Positions 52,530-64,000 of a stretch of DNA of 64,000 nt are shown piece after piece; within the stretch, counting starts at the first letter, position 1, and each line of letters begins with the position of its first letter. Below the pieces are notes generated by a model. It worked only from the letters and a program-made list of their open reading frames with translations. It was not told the DNA's origin and did no database searches. Location: positions 8,370,001 to 8,434,000 of the forward strand of contig NC_043005.1 in assembly GCF_006345805.1 (NCBI RefSeq), written 5' to 3'. The stretch is from Octopus sinensis. Taxonomy: Eukaryota. A program made the position numbers and the translations under genes.

Positions 52530-52921
52530 GTGGAGGCGCAATGACCCAGTGGTTAGGGCAGCGGACTCGCGGTCATAGGATCGCGGTTTCGATTCCCAGA
52601 CCGGGCGTTGTGAGTGTTTATTGAGCCAAACCACCTAAAGCTTCACGAGGCTCCGGCAGGGGATGGTGGTGATCCCTGCTGTACTCTTTCACCACAACTT
52701 TCTCTCACTCTTACTTCCTGTTTCTGTTGTACCTGTATTTCAAAGGGCCGGCCTTGTCACTCTCTGTGTCACGCTGAATATCCCCGAGAACTACGTTAAA
52801 GGTACACGTGTCTGTGGGGTGCTCAGCCACTTACACGTTAATTTCACGAGCAGGCTGTTCCGTTGATTCGGATCAACCGGAACCCTCGTCTTCGTAACCG
52901 ACGGAGTGCTTCCATCCATCC
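52530..52921 (+). mobile_element. Young SINE family A, tail A1, 12-bp TSD
   Basis: TSD AAAATACGAATG at 52518-52529 and 52922-52933. Tail (ATCC)n. Confidence 0.93.
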
Positions 52922-52997
52922 AAAATACGAATGTCCTGTTCGGCTGCCAGCGTTCGGGAGAGCGATACGAGGGAAATTTCACTGCAGGTAGTTTTTC

Positions 52998-53081
52998 GCG
53001 CATGCGCATGGGGGAACTTTTGGCAGGCCTCTTGGAAGAATCCAACTCTGCGCATGCGTGTTGGAGATTTCCAAGATGGCG
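52998..53081 (+). promoter_or_regulatory. Candidate housekeeping-type promoter: two NRF1-type motifs and a YY1-type motif
   Basis: GCGCATGCGC 52998-53007, TGCGCATGCG 53049-53058, CAAGATGGCG 53072-53081, in a CpG-rich island within AT-rich DNA. Confidence 0.55.
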
Positions 53082-53415
53082 TCACACACATATATCGCAG
53101 AGTTAAGAATCGTCTGGCATTGGCACCGGAACTGCAAGACCCTGTGATGTTAGCGGACTGTTATTCTTCAATGGCGCTACATTCAAGCAAAATCTCGTTG
53201 GCAACGATATATAGAGTAGGAATATCTTTTTAGTTACCGGGATCGGAAATAACTATCAGACTATTATGTTACATTTATACACCATGGTTTTGTATGAGAG
53301 GTCTTCTGAAGGTGACTACTTCAGTAGTTCGGGAAATACATTCACGTTAGTTTGGATATAAAGAGTAGCTTTTTGTATAAATACTACTCCGTTGCTAATA
53401 ATTATTTTTTCATAG

Positions 53416-53463
53416 GTCTGACATCAGATACTGACAAGGCACTGTTAGTCTATAAATCTTTTG
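53416..53463 (+). CDS. Candidate 48-nt exon (G)LTSDTDKALLVYKSF(G)
   Basis: Acceptor attattttttcatag, donor G|GTATGT, open only in phase 1. Could join ACCATGG-MVLYERSSE-G|GTGACT (53284-53311). No homolog recognised. Confidence 0.3.
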
Positions 53464-54048
53464 GTATGTTATTATTTGTAAAGGCAAGAGCTTTGTTTGA
53501 TTTTTCACCTTTAAAATATCGTTGGTATATTTATTCCGGTCCAGGGAAAGTAAAATCCGAAGTTACTCTGAGTGATTTTAATGTACAAAGTGCCAACAGA
53601 TAATAAATATGATGGAAGAAATATATATCTATGCCACTCTATAGTCGCTACTTCCAAAGTTCTGTCCATCAGAAATGATATAGAGATAAAAAAAAAAATA
53701 ATACCATTTGAATGACTTCTACGAGAAAACATAGGAACGAAATAAAATATATATTTGCATATATATTTCTTTACATGAAATCGACACCATACTCATCAGG
53801 TTTATAGCGGTGAAGTCTATCGCATCTTATAAAATCAAGCAGAGAATAATAAAACATTGTTCTTGAATTCAACAGGAATTTTAATTCTCTGGTTTGTAAT
53901 TCCATTCATCCATTTTCTTTCATTCCATTTGGAATAAGATTATGTCTTCTTTCCTATTTCCTTGATAATCATCAACGAAGGAGATTTCATATACCATCAT
54001 TTGGCTTTCACTCAATTTCTTTGGCCCGCTTAATTGCTTCAAACTTAC

Positions 54049-54146
54049 ATTTCATGACATATAGAGACACAAGCTGAGGTTAAAGGAAATAACCACACGA
54101 CTGATGTAGATCTCGGGAATGCAGTGAAAAAGAAGATACTTCTCAC
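54049..54146 (-). other. Candidate 98-nt exon (coding status unknown)
   Basis: Acceptor ttatttttttccttttcttttcag|G and donor AAT|GTAAGT. Open only in phase 0 (VRSIFFFTAFPRSTSVVWLFPLTSACVSICHE). Confidence 0.3.
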
Positions 54147-57100
54147 CTGAAAAGAAAAGGAAAAAAATAATTTATTGCTTGTTCCATTTTCTTATATTTA
54201 CAGTTACTACTGCTGTAATGGAAGGAGATCCACTACCATATACATACATACATACATACATACATACATACATACATACATACATACATACATACATACA
54301 TACATACATACACACATACACACATACATACATACATACATACATACATACATACATACATACATGTGTGTGTGTGTGTGTATATATGACATCCTCTCAT
54401 ATTTACTCGCTCAATAATACATGGATATAATCTTATTTGTGGTTCTAGCTACTCTATAAAGCCTATACTACATAAAGTATAACATATTTGTACACGGTCA
54501 ATCAAATGTAAATATTTTATGAAGGAAATAACAATTTCTTACATTGTCACTCTGTCAAAATTTGTAGCGAATAAAGACAATTGATTTAATGTAGCGCCGT
54601 AGATTACTGGTATATATGTTTTATTGATTCTAGAGAAACGAGAATCAAAATCCAGTAGAGTAATTAGTAATTACTGCGGTATATTTATTGACCATTCACC
54701 GCCTTCATCTCAAACAGACATATATTGTACACGATTAGTACAATTAACTAATTGATTGACTCTTCTATAATTTAATTAAATACGTAAATGCATAAGTTTT
54801 GAAATGGAAAATGGTCTAATGGCTGGTGGCGTCAGTTGAGCTGAGAAACCTTGGGTTCATTTATTTCTAATGATTCCAAATTAAAAGCTCATTAATGGTT
54901 TGCAATAATTATTCTTTGGTCAAGCAAAGGATTCATAGCAATGAGTCTTTAACAGAAGCACCTCTGCGTGGTCAGGGGGCAAGATAAAAATAGCTGCTGA
55001 ATCTCTATCGAGTACATTTTACTTTATAAAGGAAGGATTTTTTTGAGAAAAGAAGAGATCTTCGTAGTTACAAAGCATTTTATCACGACAACATCAACAG
55101 CGAGAGTAACAGAAAAAAGAACTTTGAAATATAATCAAGCTAAAGAGAAGAATTGAACTTTGGAATTTTGGGGCAAATATTTTTGAAGCCTTTACTTGTA
55201 ATAGGGCAAAGACCTTTAATCTTTGGTCCTTAAGCACGAAATATAGCATCTTTTTTCGTCGTTGAATTATCGCCATTCTAACGGAGGTTCAATAGCCTTG
55301 AATGAGTGAACATGAAATAGCATTTAATGAATTATACAACCAGAAGAGCTAACATACATGATAGCATATTTAATTTCTGCATTTCAAAAGATCAAAGAAT
55401 TCTTAAATAGTAAATGATTGAAAAATATTTCTTTTTTTTTTTATTATGTGCTTATCTGAGTCAAAAGCAATGCTAATGACATTTAGAGGCCTTCGTGACC
55501 CGTGAGCTTGTCATTAATGTGTTCCGTTTAATCTTTTGCAGAGCAGCAGGAAAGTTATGAGTACGCAGAAGATACCGCTTTCATATGTTTACTCATTCCC
55601 GCATTTAGAGAAAACTAATTGTAAAGTATTATGCGAAATACATCGCTGGGCAAAATCCTTTTCAGGAAAAACAAACCCCACCCAACCAGAAACTATCTCA
55701 TTCTATTTGACAGCCGTGTTTGTTGAGGATTACCTTCTCCCGAAGACGCTATCATGTAGAACAAAATCACACATTAGCTGTATGATTATATACAAGGTGA
55801 ACGATTTAAATAATATACTGAGATAATAAAAAACTCACATGAAAAAATAGATATACATGAAGTCATTAAGCTCATATATATATCAATATGTAAGTGTATA
55901 TAAATACACATGTAGATGGATATGTATGTATATAGACACGCAGATTACGCTTTAAATATATGAACATCAGCAAAAGTATACTGTAAAACTGATCAGAGAG
56001 TAATATTAATAATTGTCTCGAGGAATAAATGTTTATTTTGAAATTACAGGTCATATTGTTATTTCTTATCATTATAGGTTTGGTTACAACGATTACGTTT
56101 ATCACTTAGTCTGCCTCAACATATACATCAAAACACATGAACACATACACATATACGCACAGACACACACTTAGATATCAATAGTCACGCAGCCAAATAA
56201 ATATATGTGTGTGTACATGCATATGTGCGTGCAGGAGTATGCGAGTATGTATGTATCCAAGCCATTGAGTAAATAGACTAATATGAAGAATCCTAAGAAA
56301 TTGATGGCGCTGTGTATCACCAGCATTTAACCCTTGGTAGAATTCTTGAAGAGTTTGATGAGTTAACTTGTTTGAGAGGAGAGACAAATTTAGTATTTCA
56401 GTCCCTTACTATTGTGTGAATAACGAAATATGTGTTTCATGTGAATAACACCAAAGTCAACGCTAACTTTCAAATTTTCATGGTCAATGAAAACTTATAA
56501 GTCGATTAGTATCACCCAACATTGTGTGACTTTTCCTCATTTTTGTCGAACCGAGAATGAAGAAGTAGAATGTAGATTTGTATGGAGATGAACAAGAATG
56601 TAACGGAACATAACTAAATATATGAAAGTTTTGAAATAAGCACAGTTCCGTTTCACCCGGAACAGTGATTCCCTTTACAATTGTTAACAGTATATTTTAC
56701 ATCCTGAATTCACATCTCGGTGAAGATGACTAAATTACTAATTTAGCTTCTTTATACATATACGTTATAGACACAAAAACAGTCAGCCCTTTTTTAGTAA
56801 TGCTTTCAAATACATTTAAACTTTGTTTTTCGGAATCTCTATACTTTTTTCTTGTATCTTAATTTTGAAGCTCTCATTTGTTATATAATAGAACTAAAAA
56901 TATAACAAATTACCAATGATTTTTTATTAACATTTTCCTCAAATAAGCAGGTTTTGTTTTGTGCACTAAAGACACAGCAGGTCGGCTGTGAAAAGCTTTT
57001 CAATCAAAAAGCTTCTCAGCATTTTGAAGCCAATAAGGAAATCAATAACTACGCAAGTCAAACCTTGCAGCAAAACAGTTCTCTTTTATTTTGTTTCTGT

Positions 57101-57742
57101 CTTTAATTAGTTTTTTGTTGCATAAAAGATGTAAAAAAAAGACATGTTATCTCCTTCACATTTTCGTATTATTTTAGTTATTTGAGTATATTTGTATTTT
57201 AATTCATATGTTTTGATTACCAGTTTACATCTCAAGCAAGACGTAAACAGCTTAAAAGAGAAAATTGTTTGCAAATACCGAACAAAATATAAATAAATAG
57301 CAGATAAATAATAGGGATAAATAAATTAACATATAACACAAAAGCTCGTTGTATATTTCCTCAGAATCTTTTTCCCCAGCATTTTAGAAACAAAGCAGGT
57401 AATATACCTTGTATTTTTGGTTTTTATTTCCTCCCAGGTTTACAGTCAATTCTAACCAATGTTTAAAACAAGTATATATAATGATATCTGAACAACACGT
57501 GATTCAAGAATGATGGCGATTTCCATCAATTCCTTTTAAACATGGCAGTCAGACGTTGATTATTTTTGGCATTCGTAGAAAAGACAAAAGGAAAAGTTGC
57601 TTAAGAGTTATTTTGAATAATGGATTTGATATATTTGGCAAGTCAATAACGAAACCGATGGCTGTGGTTTGGTGGAAGTTAAGTTTAGCTAGGCTGGGTA
57701 ATTGTTCAGCAGTCAAGAAAATATGACTGCAAGGAGAAATGC

Positions 57743-57839
<97 letters not shown>

Positions 57840-57917
57840 CCTATCTATCTATCTATCTATCTATTATTCTGTAGTGAGTGTATGTACGCACGCATATATA
57901 TGTATATGTATACACAT

Positions 57918-57954
<37 letters not shown>

Positions 57955-58778
57955 ACTATGTATATAATATATAATATATATATATATGTATGAATACATA
58001 CATATGTGTGTGTGTTTATGTGTGTGTATGTGTACTTATATATGTATACAAAATGAAATTAAAGTGTATGCAACAGGTTTCTACTCAGCAAATGGATGAG
58101 GAACTATTCTAGACATTTCAAGCATAAGGCAAATGCGCACGCACAGACGCATACACACACACGTCCCCGCATTCAGACACATATATCTGTATATATAGGA
58201 CTATGAGAGAATAGTAAGAAATTCACTTTGTAAAAATAGGTTTCAGGTTCGATGGAAGAGTGCAGTTACTTGAGCAAGAATTATAATCAATATCCTCCAT
58301 TGAACTCACATTTTCTAAAATTCGGGAAGAAGGAAACTATTCAGAAGCCCACCGGAAAGCTTGCACCCATAATTCTAAGGCACAGTCTTATATAAAGCAA
58401 TGTGTCTTGTCTCTAATAGATAATTATATTAGGTTTAAACTCGTCTGTGATATAATCGACCACTAATAAGTAGATAAAATGAAGATGTAATCCACTTGAT
58501 TAGTCAACTTTCGTAAACTTTACACGAGTCATGGGCAAACTGCTGATCTTTCTGAGGTGCACGCCTTTCTTAATGAAGGTAATAGATTTCATTAAAACTT
58601 TTTAGTGGTGCAGCCCGCCTGATGTTGAGCCTTGTCTCAAGTGGTCCGCTTCTCGCGAAAGATTGTCGTCCATGGCTGCACCGTTTTCATTTTTCCTGTC
58701 TGCTACTGTCTACAAGAAATTAGAAATAGTAATATTATACGTTTTATGTATTCTCAGCATGTGCGTCTTTATGTATAT

Positions 58779-58809
<31 letters not shown>

Positions 58810-58967
58810 GCGTGTGTGTGCGGGCGTGTATGTGTCTGTATGTGTGTTTGTGCGTGTCTGTGAATGTGTATGTGTGTGTGTCCAGGTTTGTGAGTGTGTA
58901 TGTATGTACGGCCGTACTCTACTTTGAAGGTGATTCGTTGAACTATCACATTTCTATTGTATAATAT

Positions 58968-60019
58968 TACGCCAGCTGCTATGTTGTTGTTTTGTCTCAT
59001 TTGGTCTAAAGTCGTATGACAACCACACCGTTATATATGTTTTGTTTTTTCATTACTGTTTTCAATTTCGTTTTCGTCTCTTGTATTCACATCCGTCTTG
59101 TGCGTTCACATTCCTGTCTTCTACCAAGAATCTAATGCTTACAGCTTAGTTTTTTTTTTCTTGGGGCTGGCCGATTTGGAGCAAATATGAATTGAACAGC
59201 CGAAATTTGCTATGATGATTCGGTGTCTGACTGAAGATTGAAGGCTTCGAATGATTTGTCTGTGTTCCGTGTTCGTCCCTTCCTGTATTTCACGTTCATT
59301 ATATATAAAAACTTCATTCTTATATTATTGCGGCGTTACGTGCACCCCCCCCCCGTTTGTTTGTCCAATTTTAAACCCTGCACGACTTCTATACACACTG
59401 TCTTTTACTACCCGCCATTGCTTCTTCACAAACTTTTTGGCGCCCTCCGATTCTTCCCCTCTCTTCCTCCCATCCTCCTTAATCCCTTCTTTCTCTCTCT
59501 TGGTCACTGATTCTGTCCCCTGCCTTCCACCCTCTTTGATTCCCTCTCTCTCAGTCTCTCTTCTCTCTCTCTCTCCTGCGACCTGCTGCTTCTTCAACCA
59601 TTCTGTTGGCCTTCGTATCTCGACCAACATGTGTCCCCGCTACCGAAACGGTAATTATTTCTACGCCAGCTGCTATGTTGTTGTTGTTTTGTCTCATTTG
59701 GTCTAAAGTCGTATGACAACCACCGTTATATATGTTTTGTTTTTTCATTACTGTTTTCAATTTCGTTTTCGTCTCTTGTATTCACATCCGTCTTGTGCGT
59801 TCACATTCCTGTCTTCTACCAAGAAATCTAATGCTTACAGCTTAGTTTTTTTTCTAGGGGCTGGCCGAGTTGGAGCAAATATCAGAATTGAACAGCCGAA
59901 ATTTGCTATGATGATTCGGTGTCTGACTGAAGATTGAAGGCTTCGAATGATTTGTCTGTGTTCCGTGTTCGTCCCTTCCTGTATTTCACGTTCATTATAT
60001 ATAAAAACATTCATTCTTA
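58968..60019. repeat. Pair of ~355-bp near-identical direct repeats around a 339-bp pyrimidine-rich core
   Basis: 58968-59322 vs 59662-60019 differ only by a few substitutions and short indels. Confidence 0.9.
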
Positions 60020-60085
60020 GATATATATACACATACATACATACATATATGTATATCTATATATGTATATGTATGTATATATATG

Positions 60086-60129
<44 letters not shown>

Positions 60130-60172
60130 CAAGTACAGACAGGGGGCAGATCTAATGTAGCTATAAGTCGTG

Positions 60173-60385
60173 ATTGGGCAGAATCTGGATGACATCCCGC
60201 TATGCTTGACTAACGAAGCGACTGGTCAAGACAGGAAACAAACAAGAGGGAGTTATAATGCAGCGATTGGTCAAAATAAGGATGACGTCCCGTTCCACTT
60301 GATTAAAGCCACCTAACGAAACTATTGGTCAAAACATTGATGACGTCACGCTACGCTAGATTGACCACCTAACAGGCATTATAAA
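60173..60385 (+). promoter_or_regulatory. Promoter with three ATTGG-N12-CRE-like modules and a TATA box
   Basis: ATTGG 60173 / TGACATCC 60190; ATTGG 60266 / TGACGTCC 60283; ATTGG 60324 / TGACGTCA 60341; TATAAA 60380-60385. Confidence 0.65.
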
Positions 60386-60433
60386 CCAAGCATTTCACAA
60401 AAAATCACTAGAACCACCCAGCGAACTTCCACC

Positions 60434-60456
60434 ATGGGTCATCACAATTGCTTAAG
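60434..60456 (+). CDS. Candidate first coding exon MGHHNCL(R/S)
   Basis: Kozak CCACCATGG 49 bp after the TATA box, then the donor AAG|GTAAAA. Downstream exons were not identified. Confidence 0.45.
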
Positions 60457-60874
60457 GTAAAAATGAATTCCTCGCTCTTTCGGAAACATCAATCTTCTGT
60501 ATTGACCGCTTTCCACCACTTTGATCTGTTTTTTTGTATTGAATACGTATCGCCACCGTGGGCCACTGCATCGAACACTTTGAACATATACTTCAAACTA
60601 TATATCAACTATACATGAACTATATATCAACTATACATGAACTCTAAGATGTCTGACTCCGTTGTGTATTATAAATGAATTTCTTGTGTTTGACGGCATG
60701 AGCTGTCTCTTTTTATATATAACTTTTTTTGATAAGGTTCATGTCAGGAACTGAAACATGTTATAATGTATATATAAAAATTAAAAATTGTATAATACAG
60801 CAGCATTTTCGAACTTCATTTTTTACAAATATATATATGTATATATATATATATTATATATATATATATATATA

Positions 60875-61200
60875 CGTCCCCTGCCAAATTCAAGATCACA
60901 ACATACATGTACACTGCAACATAATTTATTTTCCTCAAGAGGCCCTGCCCTATTTAACATTGTCCCGAGGGAGATCAAAGAGGAAAAGGATCCCATCAAC
61001 TTCAAACAGAGTCTGGATAGATTCCTTGAAAGAATACCAGATAAGCCACCCATAATTGGATACAGCTCACCCAACAAGAACTCACTACTTGAACAAAACT
61101 GGATACAACTCACCCAACAAGAAAACACTACTTGAACAAAACTTGACTTAAACAGGATTCGAATAATCCTATCAGGTGGTGCTATTAAGTTAGACATTGG
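60875..61200 (+). mobile_element. 5'-truncated CR1/L2-like LINE 3' end
   Basis: SSRGPALFNIVPREIK..NFKQSLDRFLERIPDKP resembles the C-terminus of these RTs. Contains a short tandem duplication (ctcacccaacaagaa..cactacttgaacaaaact). Confidence 0.6.
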
Positions 61201-61256
61201 CCTGGACCAATCTCTGGTCGAAATATCTAAGTTTATATATTATGTATATATATAAG

Positions 61257-61287
<31 letters not shown>

Positions 61288-61387
61288 TATATATATATAT
61301 AATATATATATAATGTATATATATATATATATTATATATTATATGTAAACATATATATATATATATATATATTTATTTTATAAAAGG

Positions 61388-61438
61388 AGCTTCTACAGGA
61401 CTAGAACTGTTTCATTCAGATGAAATCTTCAGGAAGCT
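61388..61438 (-). ncRNA. Type I hammerhead ribozyme (left-arm copy)
   Basis: Exact reverse complement of 62143-62193. Confidence 0.6.
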
Positions 61439-62142
61439 GGCTGTCAAAATAAGTTCTGGTATTTATTCATTTAGGCAGATTTAATGGAGTGGTGGTGGCA
61501 GGGGATACGTTTTTGGGGTAGGTTGGTATTTAGGAGATAAACAGGTCACAGGCTATTGTTCTTAGGGGAGTGGTCAAGAGGCCAGAGCGTTTTTTGAAAA
61601 GAGAAGAATCAGTGAGAAAATAAATAAATAAATAAATGAATAAATAGAATAAATGAATAGAATTTCAACAGATATATGGGATGGGATTCTTGGTTAAATT
61701 AGAAGACAATTGCTTTTTGGTGGTCAAGAAGAGGCAGGCAGTTTGTTAGGTGGAGGGAATACATAGATACATAGATAAATAGATAAATAGAAATATACAT
61801 GAAAAAACATAAAAAAATATAAAGTAAAAAGTAAATATACATACAAACAAACATACATACATACACATGCGAAGTCTTCTAATTGAACCAAGAATCCCAT
61901 CCCATATATCTGTTAAAATTCTATTCATTTATTCTATTTATTCATTTATTTATTTATTTATTTTCTCACTGATTCTTCTCTTTTCAAAAAACGCTCTGGC
62001 CTCTTGACCACTCCCCTAAGAACAATAGCCTGTGACCTGTTTATCTCCTAAATACCAACCTACCCCAAAAACGTATCCCCTGCCACTACCACTCCATTAA
62101 ATCTGCCTAAATGAATAAATACCAGAACTTATTTTGACAGCC

Positions 62143-62193
62143 AGCTTCCTGAAGATTTCATCTGAATGAAACAGTTCTAGTCCTGTAGAAGCT
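62143..62193 (+). ncRNA. Type I hammerhead ribozyme
   Basis: AGCTTC CTGAAGA tttcatctgaat GAAA CAG-ttctagtc-CTG TA GAAGCT. Perfect 6-bp helix I, intact core, GUA site, weak helix II. Confidence 0.6.
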
Positions 62194-62276
62194 CCTTCTA
62201 TAAAATAAATTACTTTACTCTGCTATGTATTGAGTACCTTATTTACTGTGATTTACCCCGACTCAATCCGAGACCT

Positions 62277-62341
<65 letters not shown>

Positions 62342-62444
62342 TATACATATAAACATAGTTATGTATACATATAAGCAAAAATATATATGTAGTCACTCAC
62401 AACACATGTATATTTCTATGAATGTATCAATGACAATATGTAAA

Positions 62445-63010
62445 TTTATACCTTGTTAAAACGCTACCTGGGAATGTTGTCATTGATGACGAGGCAAATA
62501 CCTGATACGTTAAAGCGAAAGTTGCTTTTGATAGTCCCCGTGTTAAACTGTGGAATAGGAGAGGCCTCGCCTCAGAAACAATGATGGAAGTGCATCGGGC
62601 CAGAGTTCTCACATCTCTACAGCTACGAATCGTAGACGGTCTATGTATGTCAAGCAAGAAAATTAAAACACTTCCATACCTAATACCTTAGAAAACTTCT
62701 TGGTGTAAAGTGACAAGACAAAATCCCAGTCAATAAAGTATTCACCCGTACTAGTGTTCCAAGCATCTGTGCCATCTTGATGCAATCATAGGTTCTGTTC
62801 ATTGTATGCTAGAAGTACCTGACATGGAATACAAAGGTCATGTATTCGTATGCCTGACAATTTTCCAAAGAAAAGAGTATATGGGGAAATCAAGAAATGA
62901 ATGCTTTCAGGAAAGCTAAAAAGTAAGCGCTTCAAAGACGCTTTAAAAACTTCTCTGAAGGGTTTAAGCATCAGCCGTGTCACATGGGAGAAGATAGCCT
63001 GGGGGAGAGG
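62445..63010 (+). pseudogene. Decayed RTE-clade (BovB-like) LINE ORF 3' fragment
   Basis: IDDEAN..KAKVAFD..LWNRRGL; KIPVNKVFTRTSVPSI; GHVFRMPD..YGE; KRFKDALKTSLK..TWEKIA. Confidence 0.75.
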
Positions 63011-63409
63011 TAAGTGACGATTAGCAATCAGGTATCAGTAAGGGAAATGCAAACCTGAAATGCACACTCGATTACTGCAACTAAATAACGTAGGCTGGCA
63101 GGCAAGCCAGGAAAACAAGTGCCGTCAAATGTCTAATTTCCACCACATTCCCTGTCCACACTGGTAGAGAATGTTCCGGACTCCTAATCAGTTAGTAACA
63201 TGCTCACAAAGCCGAAATCCGACCTTAGATTCAACTTCAACCCGAAGATGATCAGATGGTCCTTGTCACTTCGACAGACAAGCACCATGTGTATGTATGT
63301 GTGTATGCATGTATGTATACATTACTATATATATATTTTTATAAATAAGGATAATATGGATATTTGAATATCGATATTATCAAGTGGCCAGCATGGGAAA
63401 AAATGCCAT

Positions 63410-63510
63410 ACCATACTTTCCTTCTTTCCTGAGAGTCCAATAACACTATACTTGTACCACGTCCTCGCGTTGTTTTGTTTTCTCTTTGTGTTTTCATGTT
63501 TGGATTAACT
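63410..63510 (+). mobile_element. Penelope-like pLTR 3' fragment
   Basis: Homologous to 47150-47235. Confidence 0.55.
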
Positions 63511-63513
63511 ATA

Positions 63514-63544
<31 letters not shown>

Positions 63545-63568
63545 TATATATATATAATATATATTATA

Positions 63569-63719
<151 letters not shown>

Positions 63720-63744
63720 GTATATATATGTATATATATATATG

Positions 63745-63780
<36 letters not shown>

Positions 63781-63786
63781 TATATT

Positions 63787-64000
63787 AGGGCAGCGAGCTG
63801 GCAGAAACGTTAGCACGCCGGGCGAAATGCGTATCCGTATTTCGTCTGCCGTTACGTTCTGAGTTCAAATTCCGCCGAGGTCGACTTTGCCTTTCATCCT
63901 TTCGGGGTCGATAAATTAAGTACCAGTTACGCACTGGGGTCGATATAATCGACTTAATCAGTTTGTCTGTCCTTGTTTATCCACTCTATGTTTAGCCCCT
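63787..64000 (+). mobile_element. SINE family C, tail type T (cut by window end)
   Basis: Head, core and tail through ...tgtttagcccct. Confidence 0.9.

Larger units (their letters stand above)
61371..62210. mobile_element. Penelope-like inverted pLTR pair: 337-bp arms, 166-bp spacer
   Basis: 61371-61707 vs 61874-62210 are near-identical. The arms diverge 5'-to-5', the known inverted configuration of truncated PLEs. Confidence 0.75.

Overview
AT-rich eukaryotic DNA loaded with microsatellites and repeats. The SINE families, microsatellite load and element mix resemble an Octopus (coleoid cephalopod) genome; this is inference from recall, not a search. No complete host gene is visible. The only long coding unit is a full-length 5.4-kb L1-clade (Tx1-like) LINE at 4412-9832. 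It has a 13-bp target-site duplication, a zinc-knuckle ORF1 and an APE endonuclease-reverse transcriptase ORF2 broken by one 1-bp frameshift. Other elements: a decayed DD37D Tc1/mariner transposon (29598-30891); Penelope-like, RTE and CR1-like LINE remnants; three Helentron-like elements; foldbacks/MITEs; and more than 25 tRNA-derived SINE copies in several modular families. Most ORFs in the supplied track are microsatellite artefacts. Best leads: (1) one abundant SINE family ends in a 23/24-nt match to the Tx1 LINE 3' end, suggesting a stringent SINE-Tx1 partnership; (2) several type I hammerhead ribozyme motifs, including a pair in a 337-bp inverted repeat and one in the tail of a tRNA-headed SINE; (3) a promoter with three ATTGG-N12-TGAC(G/A)TC modules, a TATA box and a candidate first coding exon (60173-60456); (4) an NRF1/YY1-type promoter near 53 kb with a young SINE beside it.
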